Shown here piece after piece: positions 54,041-64,000 of a stretch of DNA of 64,000 nucleotides. A model generated the notes under the pieces. It had not been told where the DNA came from. It made no database searches and saw only the letters and a program-made list of their open reading frames with translations. The DNA is from Eledone cirrhosa (taxonomy: Eukaryota). The first letter of the stretch is position 1; each line of letters begins with the position of its first letter. The stretch is taken from contig OZ024747.1 in the NCBI GenBank assembly GCA_964016885.1, forward strand, positions 5,828,001 through 5,892,000, written 5' to 3'. The position numbers and the translations under genes are program-made.

Positions 54041-54134
54041 GTAAACATTGCCAGAAGAAGATTGTGTTCTGCGAAGGGGAGTACAATATGTGTGAGAATG
54101 GTGCTACCTGTAAGACTAAAGGTGATGATTACAG
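54041..54134 (+). CDS. slit: Slit exon 26, EGF3 end and EGF4 start
   Basis: ttcag|94 nt|gtatgt; KHCQKKIVFCEGEYNMCENGATCKTKGDDYS. Confidence 0.93.
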
Positions 54135-54377
54135 GTATGTCATGGACTTTATTTATGTGTGTGTGTGTGTGTAGCAATATCCGTAGATGTGAAAACGAAA
54201 AAGAAAGAGAGTGCTCAATCGAGTAGAGAGCAGAGCAGAAAAATGTACTTTTAACAGATTCTTATAAACTTGTATAAGCACATGAAGAAAGGTCACTATT
54301 TTGATGGAGGTATGGTCAAATTTGAGCCTTGAAACTTTGAGTAGTGCCTTTGTTCCGTGTATGAAAATAAATAAATG

Positions 54378-54413
<36 letters not shown>

Positions 54414-54971
54414 TAAAATAAAGTACCAGTAACACACTGGGGTTGATCTAATTTACACCCCCCCCCCAAAAAAAAAATATAATAATGAAAATTATTGTGT
54501 ACAGTGCTCAGGTGCACTACAACTCATCAAAAGTGCATGTATAGTATAATGTACAAATGTCAGGATAGTGAACAGTGTATGAGACATGATATGTACACAT
54601 CATATGTACACATGGATATCTGGTGTAGTGTTGGCGAATTTCGGGAAGCAAGGAAGTTTTGAAGGATGCAGTGTTCCGACAGCTAACAACCAATGCAGGT
54701 AGTTTGTTCCATGTTTCAGTAACTCTGTTGGCCTTGTGCCTAAATCAGAAACCATTATAGTTAATAAAATTTGGCAATAGATTAAGAAAAAATATAAAAT
54801 ATCAGTTATAATGTAGATATAGCTCTTCTCTGAAATATTTGATTTTGTGATTATATAAAAAAAAATCATTTATAAATGTTTCTTCTTTTTCTCTTTCTTT
54901 TTTTCATTCTCTTTTTGGGGATTTTTTAATGCAACCCTTCCACACTGATCTGTTCATACACACATACACAG

Positions 54972-55249
54972 CTGTGAGTGTCTGCCAGGTTATACAGGTA
55001 AAAACTGTTCAGAAAATATTGATGAATGCCGCTCACATATTTGTCAGAATGGAGCCAAGTGTTTGGATGGCCTCAATGGATATACATGTATCTGCCCACT
55101 AGGTTACCTCGGTAACTTCTGTGAAATTGCACCCATCCAATTGTCCGGAGTACAACAACCCAGCGTCTGTCTTCACCATGAATGTAAAAACAATGGACTC
55201 TGTTATTTGCCTTCTACTACCTCCGACTATATGTGTCGCTGTGCCGCAG
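54972..55249 (+). CDS. slit: Slit exon 27, EGF4 end, EGF5, EGF6
   Basis: cacag|278 nt|gtaata; CECLPGYTGKNCSENIDECRSHICQNGAKCLDG...YMCRCAA. Confidence 0.94.
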
Positions 55250-55739
55250 GTAATAACTATTTCTATTGAACATTATTACACATTGTGCCACACTACAACA
55301 CAATATATACTATAGTATGACACTGTACTACAGTACAACACTCTATATATACTATAGTATTACACATACACATTACACTCTATATATACTATAGTATTAC
55401 ACTGTACAACACACTATATACTATGTATTGGTGATATGTTTTGTAAAGGATCACAGGAATAATGCTATAGCTGATAAAATCTTCATGGTTGGATATAAAA
55501 CTGTTTAGATGTTAAATCCTAGCAACTTTCATAACTTATTCCACGTGCTCATGTAATTATGTTAATCTTGGGCTTCTATTTTCCTATAAATAAAACTTCC
55601 ATCGTGAAATTTCTTGTTTTATTTGATGAGATTGGAATTCTTTATTAGGTTCTAATGTTATCAACCAATATTTAAATGTCCTTTATATATATAAATGTCC
55701 TTTATAAATATATATATATTTATTAAAATAACATATTAA

Positions 55740-55790
55740 AGTTTAAGCAAAGAATCGTTGCTTTCACCCTTAACAGGATCTTCTGAAACT
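55740..55790 (-). ncRNA. Hammerhead variant with core CAGAAGA
   Basis: AGUUU-CAGAAGA-UCCU GUUAA GGGU-GAA-AGCAA...UUGCU-U^-AAACU. Confidence 0.5.
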
Positions 55791-56029
55791 TTAATATGTT
55801 ATTCTAATAAATATTTGCTCTAGGGTTCTTATATATTTGATATATATGTATCATTATCGAGCCCTCTTTGGATTTTAGTCTTCACATTTATTATTATTAC
55901 TATATATATATATATATATATACAAATATGTGTATATATATATTCACATATCTCTCTCTCAAATGTTTGTGTGTTTCTCCATCTTTCTCTCTTTCATTCG
56001 TTCTGTTTCTTTCTATTTACTTGATTTAG

Positions 56030-56497
56030 GTTTTGCTGGAAAGAAATGTGAAAAGCTTCACACAGTTTCGTTGCACGAACAAGATTCTTATATAAAGTTG
56101 CCCATATTACAGGTAGAACCTAAAGCCAATATAACCATTGTGTTCTCTGCTAAACAAGACAATGGTATTTTGCTATATACCGGCTTCGAACAACATATTG
56201 CGGCTGAGTTATTTCGTGGTCGAATTAGGATCAGCTTTGATGTCGGCAACTATCCAGTATCTTCAATGTTCAGTTTTAAAACAGTAAACGACGGACAATT
56301 CCATCATTTACAAATGATGATTGAGAAGAAAAACTTTACCATGATCGTTGATGGAGGTATTTCTCGTACTATAGTTAACGATGGGTCACGCGAGAGTCTC
56401 GATGTCACTGATTCGCTGTATCTCGGAGGACTTCCCTCTGATGTCAACGATAGAGCTCTGAAAAACTGGCATATACGAGACAAATCTAGTTTCGTCG
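56030..56497 (+). CDS. slit: Slit exon 28, laminin-G domain
   Basis: tttag|468 nt|gtgagt; FAGKKCEK...DNGILLYTG...HIAAELFRGRIRISFDVGNYP...LYLGGLP...SSFV. Confidence 0.96.
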
Positions 56498-56887
56498 GTG
56501 AGTAACAAATATTGTTTACTTCTTTTTAATTTATTTAAATCCTTTTTTGAAATATGTTTTTGTTGACATTTGATCATTTTTGTTCTAAATAAGTTAACTG
56601 AAAAAGATGGGTACCAGCTCCCATTTGTGCTAATACCCATCTTATTCTGTTCAGTGGGTTTATGTGTCCCATTATTAGACTATATTATGTAGTAAAATAT
56701 ATTACAGTGAAGCTTCTATTTCAATTCTAAATGATAGATATTGATACAGCATATATTAGAAAAACTAATATAAATTTAATGTAGATATTAATATGTATAG
56801 TCCATATATTTTAACTATTTTTCCTTACTCATATTTCATAGCTTCTTTTTTTCTTTTTCTTCTCTTTTATATAATAATTTATCTCAG

Positions 56888-57097
56888 GATGTTTCCAAAA
56901 AGTTTTCATTAACGGACATCAATTAGACTTCAGCTCGTCACTCTATAATCATAAACTCATACCAGGATGTCAAGAATTAAAAAAGCAAGATCCTTGTGCC
57001 AACCACAAATGTAAACATGGCAAGTGTACAAGTCGTCAAGACAATACATATAAATGCCGGTGCCGTGAAGGTTATTCTGGAAACTACTGTGATGTAG
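56888..57097 (+). CDS. slit: Slit exon 29, LamG end and EGF7
   Basis: ctcag|210 nt|gtaagg; CFQKVFINGHQLDF...PGC...DPCANHKCKHGKCTSRQDNTYKCRCREGYSGNYCDV. Confidence 0.95.
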
Positions 57098-58769
57098 GTA
57101 AGGATCCACCATAAAGATGTTTGCATGTGATCATAACGACATGTCTATGTCTGTTTGTGTCTTTACATATCTGCTAATACACATATATGTGAGTATATGC
57201 ATGAATATATATATGTATATATGTGTGTGTATGTATGTATGTGTGTGTATGTATGTAGTGACCACTTCCTCCGTAACATAACCGGTATTACACCTACACA
57301 GCATCCGAAAGCCATTAATAGACTCCAAACATATGCCATATATATATATATATATATTTCTCTCATTACCACAACAGAGGTCCGACGAGCTTTTGATTCC
57401 AGAGTCGGGCTAGATCAATACAGATCGAACCTTGAGCTGATCAATAGCGACACTCAATAAATGTAATGAAGACATAACAATTCGTCCTTTTACTATTATA
57501 TTTACACTCTGTTTAGTTCTACACCTCTTTACAGACAGGAAAGTATGCATCGAGTGCTCAACTCTGGTGAACCTACAGTAACAGCACGTTACACATAATA
57601 GATGTATATTTTGTTTTTAAAAAATCAACAATCTATTTAGTTTTATATGTTTATGTGTGTTTATGTGTATGTGTCTGTTTATCTATGTGTGTCTATGTGG
57701 ATGTGTTTGTTTGTCTATATTTGTGTGTGTATGTGTGTCTATATGTATGTGTCTGTTTGTCTATGTGTGTGTGTGTATAAGTGTATATTACATACTTCTA
57801 TATACTTGTTTTCCTTCATCTGCTATTTTTATCAATTTTTCTTGTTTTGTTATTGCTTCTGTTTTGTTTATCTTTGTGGTTTTTTAATGTTATTTACACA
57901 GAAACTGTGTCTATATGGTTCCTTGGAGGTTTTATCTGTGTGTATGTGTTTGTTTTATTAACATATCTCAACTGTTATTCACTGAACCATTTCTTCAAAT
58001 GTTTGAAACTTCTAGAAGAAACTTCTAGAAGAAACTTGCAGAACTTTGTTTATTCACCAGGGATGTCTAAAAGTTAATAAGTAGTAAAAACTAAACAACA
58101 ACAACAATAATAATAATATCAACAGTAACAGCAACAACAATAATAACAATTGTAACAACAAAAATAATCAACATCATTTGATTTACGAAATAAAACTAAT
58201 TTCTTTTATTTAGTTAATTAATTTATCTAATTATTCAAAATAATTAAAATTTAAACATAATATAATATAGTATAATATAGTATATAGTAATATAATAAAA
58301 TATAATATATAATATAACATAATATAATATAGTATAATATGATATATAATAATATAATATAGTATAATATAATATATAACATAATATAATATATAATATA
58401 GTATAATATAATATGATATAATATATAATATAATATAATATAATATAATATAATATAATATAATATGATATAATATACAATAACTAAGATTCAAATATAC
58501 AATTTAAAAGAAAGAAGATCAAAAACCATTATTTTTATTTTATTTTATTGTTTATTTTTTTCCTGGTTTCAGTTTTTGGACTTTGTCCATGATGTGGCAG
58601 CACTGCCATTAATGTTTTCTAGTCAATTATCATATCAGCCCCAATACATATTTATTTTCAATTTACACTCTTCCCCAACTCTTCCCCAACTCCCACTCTT
58701 CTCTCACCTAAACAACAACAAAATATTATTTATGAAGTGAATGTATTTCCGCGTTGAAATCCTTATTAG

Positions 58770-58904
58770 GTGAAGAGAGAGAAGTGAAAAAGACGAACCC
58801 ATGCGACAAACATGATTGTAGGCAGGGTCGCTGCACCCCACAGAAGGACAATACATATAAATGTCGCTGTAGACGTGGTTATACGGGTCAAAGATGTGAC
58901 ATAG
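58770..58904 (+). CDS. slit: Slit exon 30, additional EGF8 (symmetric phase 1-1)
   Basis: attag|135 nt|gtaagt; EEREVKKTNPCDKHDCRQGRCTPQKDNTYKCRCRRGYTGQRCDI, six-Cys EGF spacing. Confidence 0.88.
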
Positions 58905-59433
58905 GTAAGTTGTTCTGCACCGTAGCAAACTTCTACTGCTACCACTGCTGCTGTGGCTCACAGCTTCTTCATTGGCCTGCAAAAGCATTTTTTCAATCAG
59001 TTTCTTTCACGACAACAGCGCCACCCCCACTGCACCACTGTCTAATATCTCTCAGTCTCTCTTTCTTTCACCCATCGCCTTCTCGTGCCCTCTCATTTGG
59101 TTTTCTTTTGTTTCGTACTCGATGGGCTTTCACTTGCAAGCATAAACAAACATATAAACGTATTCACAGATATATATATATATACATATGTGTATGAACA
59201 TACATATATGTATATATATATATACATATGTGTATGAACATATAAATATGTATGTATATATATAGAAACTATTTACACACACATATATATATGAAAAATT
59301 CACGAGCCCAATGGCTGAGCTCCAGCCATTTCAACACCTAGATCTGAACTGAAGCAATCAGTGGGGTCTTTACATTTATTCAAATGTATCACTTCATAAA
59401 GTAAGCTATTTTAATCCTGCTTTATCCCGATAA

Positions 59434-59489
<56 letters not shown>

Positions 59490-59619
59490 TTATATATATA
59501 TATATATATATATAGGCTTAAAAATGGAATGAGAGTAAGAAGAAAGCAAGAACGGGGGGAGGGGGACCTTGTGAGTTGTCTCCTGGGGATCTCGGATATT
59601 TCAACGCTTTGAAGACAAT

Positions 59620-59990
59620 ATATGCACACTTCCCATTCACCTTTGGTGTTCCTTCGTCACTTTTTTCTGTTAGGTTCAGCCTCCTGAGATCATCTCTCAC
59701 CACAGCTGCCTAAGTCTTTCTCGGTCTTCCTCTTCTGCATCTATCTTCCTCTTGAAGTTCCTGGCACTTCTTTACCAACGTTCATCATTCCTTAAACATT
59801 TTTTGTTTGCACCACCCCAATCTTCTCTTTTGCACATTATCTTAATCCTCTTTTGCCCAGTTTTTCTTTCATCACACCAGTGCTTCATCATTCATGCACA
59901 CTAACATTACACGTCCAACGGAGCATGTTTGCCTCATTTCTCTTTAACCTTTGCACATCTTCTGTATTCCATGTCCATGTCTCACTACTA
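59620..59990 (-). mobile_element. Degenerate RTE-like LINE remnant
   Basis: Frameshifted similarity to the RT C-terminal region of 43434-43860 (…MLRW…, GRPRKT-like). Confidence 0.55.
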
Positions 59991-60358
59991 TGCAACATCA
60001 TGCAACATTGCACTTCATTTGAAAACCTTATATAATCATCTCTTTACTCAAAGTATATATGCGTGTGTATGTGCATGTGTGTGTATGCATGCAAGGGTGT
60101 ATGTGTGTATGTACGTGAGTATGTGTATGTGTATGCCCACAAGTGTGTGTACTAGTGCAGGTACAACGTGAATGAAAAGAGCAATCAATATATAAGAAGT
60201 TGAAATTATTTGTACTAACAATTAAATGTATTCGTGCATTACCAGGAGTTTCGTTAGAACATATCTCTTTAGTTAAAGAAACTATTTACAACTAACGAAA
60301 ACACAAGTAATGTACAAATATATCAAACTGTTAATATATATATATATGTGTATGTATG

Positions 60359-60408
<50 letters not shown>

Positions 60409-62269
60409 GGGGGGGGTAAATCCTAACTGTGGCACCAAGTGTTTTCAGCTTGTGTGTTCAGCCAAACTTCTCTAGTCAAGGGTACATATGACTAACTTAG
60501 TAAAAATTTATTCTACTAATTAATGATCTCACCTATGAAATAATTAGCCAAATTATCACTTAAACAATAAACCAATCAGCTAATGAAAAAGTGAAAACAA
60601 TTAACCACTAATAATTTAAAACTAATTAGCTAATCACTTTACAAACCACTAAATTAACCTCCAAAAAACAAACAACTAACTAATTAAACAAGCAACTAAA
60701 CTAATTATAAAGCAAGCACCTTATTCAAAACAATTTACTAATTCTTTAACTAATTTAACTAACTATGTCACCAAATTTTAATTGTTCAAACAAACAAGGT
60801 AAGTAAATGGATTATCGTATTCTATTATTGTGTCATTGATTGGTTTATGAAGTAATGTTATGAACTATGATTCAGTTTTTTAACCAAACTTCTAATTTAT
60901 TGTTTATTTGTTTAAACATTATTGAATTGCTTAACTAAATATCTAATGTATGTAATTGACTAACAAAATAGCTTAATTGATTGATAAAATTATTTAATTG
61001 ATTAATGCATGATGGCTCCCTTAACTCCTGGAGTCGTAGGGGCACCATATTGAGATACAGTGTTTGTTGGACATTTTTAAAAAACCTGGCTGAGCCCAAT
61101 CCTCTCCAGGTCTGAATACAACAGATTTCTTCCAAAGAAGGAAAGAGAGAGTGAGAGAAAGGAAGTGAGAGAGAGATATAGAAGAAGAACTTACCCAGTA
61201 CTTGACTGGTACTTTTTTTATTGACCTCGAATGGATGAAAGGCAAAGTTGACATCGGCAAGATTTGAACTGAGAGAAGAGAGAGGAATACCACAAAACAT
61301 CTGAATCACTGACTTAATTGTTTAATATAAGTGTCCAACTTGTTAACGAATTAATCAATGTATCAATGATATTAAGCATTGATGATATTATTTAATTAGT
61401 TGACAATATCTAATTGATTAACAAAACTAATTGTTAATTGGTTAATTAAATTCTTTCATTGATTAGCGAAATTACTGAATTTTTTACGGAATAATCTGAT
61501 TAACACATTGTCTTAAAATATTGTAATTGATTGATGAATTATCGATCTGATTAACAAAATAACTAATTCAGAAAATTAATAATTTAGGCACAAGGCCAGC
61601 AATTTGCGGGGAAGAGAAATTCAATTAAATCGACCGCAGTACATTACTGGTACTTTATTTTATCGACTCCGTAAATATGAAAGGCAAAGCTAACCTTGGC
61701 AGGATTCAAATACAGAACGTAAAGGGCCGTAACTCTATGCAGCAAAGCATGTTGTCCGCCACTCTACTGATACTACCAATCCACAGTCCTTAAATATTAA
61801 TTTTTAATTTATGTCATTGAGCTAGATGTTTATCGGAGTACAGAGATTATCTTTCCTGTCCTGGATAATAAAATAATTTATTCACACATGGATAAAAAAA
61901 ATTAACAAAGTAAAGAAGAAGCAAAAGAAATGACCTTAGGTGATGTGATTGTTTCCTGGTTCCGGCTGACAAAATGGTGAATGTGTTACCCAAGAGGATG
62001 AGGTGGGTGGCCATCTATATACTGAATACTGATGAAAGTGAATAAGAAAGTGATTTGGATGACCAGAACACCAGATAATTATACCAGGATGGTTAAGATG
62101 ATTTACTTCTGACATTTTCCAAATTATTATAACCAAATATTGTTGTTGTTGTTGTCTGTTGTTGTCTTCATCACCATCATCATCATCATCATCATCGTTT
62201 AAGGTCTATCTTCCCACGCTAGCATGGGTTAGATTCATTCTCATCATTTTCTTTCTTTTCTTGTTCCAG

Positions 62270-62496
62270 CACCTACTTGCCGCGACATAGCCTACAAAGA
62301 AACCCACAAGGACCCTAAAACAGGCTGCAAATCACGGACCAAGGTGAAATTTCGGCGCTGCGAGGGTTCATGTGGACGTCACTGTTGCAAGCCGAAGAAA
62401 ATCAAAACACGCCGTGTGCGACTGTTCTGCGCAGATGGAACCAATTTCGTCTATAATCTGCCAGTGATTCGAAAATGTGGTTGCAAGCGCTGCTGA
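62270..62496 (+). CDS. slit: Slit exon 31, C-terminal cystine knot and stop
   Basis: ttccag|PTCRDIAYKETHKDPKTGCKSRTKVKFRRCEGSCGRHCCKPKKIKTRRVRLFCADGTNFVYNLPVIRKCGCKRC-TGA. Confidence 0.95.
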
Positions 62497-62746
62497 CAGA
62501 GGTCGTCGCCTGGGCCGGGGGTCGGGGGTGGGACAAATATGCTTATATATAAACTTACACACACGCATACACATATATATACACAGCCATCTATAGGTGT
62601 GTGGCTTTACATATATTCGTGTGCGTGTGCGTGTATATATATATACTTATACATATGCATATATATATACGTGAATAGAAAAAACGGGAGAGAGAGATAG
62701 TGTGGGAGAGCGAGAGAATGAGGATGAAGTTAAATAGATAGATAGA

Positions 62747-62789
<43 letters not shown>

Positions 62790-64000
62790 TATGTGTGTGT
62801 GTAGAGAGAGAGATAGATAGAATTGTAGATGAAAAAATAGAAATGAAGTATATAGGTAGATGCAGGAGGGGGGGGAGACAGGTGGTAAGATGAAGGAAAA
62901 GAAAACTAAGACAAACACAAAAAATGGTGAGGTTCTACGCAAGATACATGTGCATGTATGAGTTTGTGTGAGTGTATATAGAGACATGGATAAATAGATA
63001 TACACATATATGTGTGTGTATATAGATGTTCATATATACCACATGCATGTATATATATATGTATATGTGTGTGTATGTGTCAGAGTTAATAAAACACTGT
63101 TTATCACTTGAATCAGAAATATATAATAATAAAACATTATATAAACAAGACTCTAGTGATTCTGTCCCATACGAGATTTAACAAGTTAGTTGTTTTGAAT
63201 ACAATTAACTTCATAAGTCACATGATAGACGGAATCCTTAGCTTCAAATTATTTATAATGTCTAATTGCTACATTTCAGGTTTCAAGTGATAAACAGTGT
63301 TTTATCAGTTCTTCTGTCAATTATACTTTATATATATTATTTCTGTACACTACCGAAAAACAATATGTATGTATGTATGTATAATATTATATTATTTTAT
63401 TTTATATTATATCATATTATATTATATCATATTATATTTATGTAATTACCTATGTATGTGTGTATGTGGGTGCCACCCAAGTGTGGGGGGAGGGCCAGTG
63501 GTGGTAATTCAAGATGTAGTCATCATGTATATATATATGAATATGAGGTCAAGAAAATGAAAACAAAAAACAAAATAAGTGTATAATAACAAATAAAATT
63601 TTAAAAAATGAAATAAATGAAGAAAAATGTATAAATATTAGTAGACCCATTCAATGCAGAGATTATCTGATGTTGACGGAAAATACCATATATACTATAT
63701 ATACTATATATACTATATATATTGTATATACTATAGGAATGACATTTGGGGAATACTTTCAAGTATAAAATAAAATATGAATACTGAAATAAATTAATAA
63801 ATATAAAATTGAAACAATGTTGTCTCTGATTCGAGAAGAATCAAGAATGTATTTAAATACATTTAAAAATGAGAAAACCCATCGCTAGAACAGCCATTAA
63901 AACAGCTAAATGCTGTCAAAGACAATGATGGGCAAAAAATGCCTGAGAGGACAGAGACCAACAGCCCATGGTTAACAGAGAAATTTTGACCACTGGCCAC

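Noticed and set aside
54036-54046. AG|GT junction as a recursive splice site
   Set aside because: The GT simply completes a split Gly codon, as at other phase-1 exons, and the donor match is weak.
59300-59370. Hammerhead-like GAAAUGGCUG...CAGCCAUU on the minus strand
   Set aside because: Core reads CUGAUUG, stem II is unconvincing and the stem I register is off.
61940-62100. Selenocysteine recoding of the in-frame TGA codons
   Set aside because: No SECIS was recognised and there is no valid exon context; TGA-rich composition is a simpler explanation.

Overview
AT-rich, microsatellite-saturated animal DNA. The repeat landscape suggests an octopod/cephalopod mollusc, but this is an inference. 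The + strand carries the 3' part of a Slit axon-guidance gene as 31 GT-AG exons (891..62496). They splice in frame to 3997 nt (~1331 aa plus stop): end of LRR domain D1, then D2, D3, D4, six EGF, laminin-G, two more EGF and a C-terminal cystine knot. The 5' exons lie upstream of the window. Almost all ORF-track entries are microsatellite artefacts. The introns hold a 5'-truncated RTE-like LINE with an open RT ORF and an inserted PHD-like finger, many tRNA-derived SINEs, MITEs, CR1/RTE remnants and minisatellites. The main unexplained signal is about a dozen hammerhead-ribozyme motifs on both strands, found by manual folding. They sit in short microsatellite-flanked, often fold-back modules that are probably Penelope-like element ends. 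They share unusual features: a conserved C.C mismatch in stem II, U3-A8, A4 and 8-nt core variants, a very long stem II family, and a downstream GAGTRC motif. Slit itself shows an extra Cys-rich 66-nt exon, a duplicated 8th EGF exon and a divergent N/C cleavage site.
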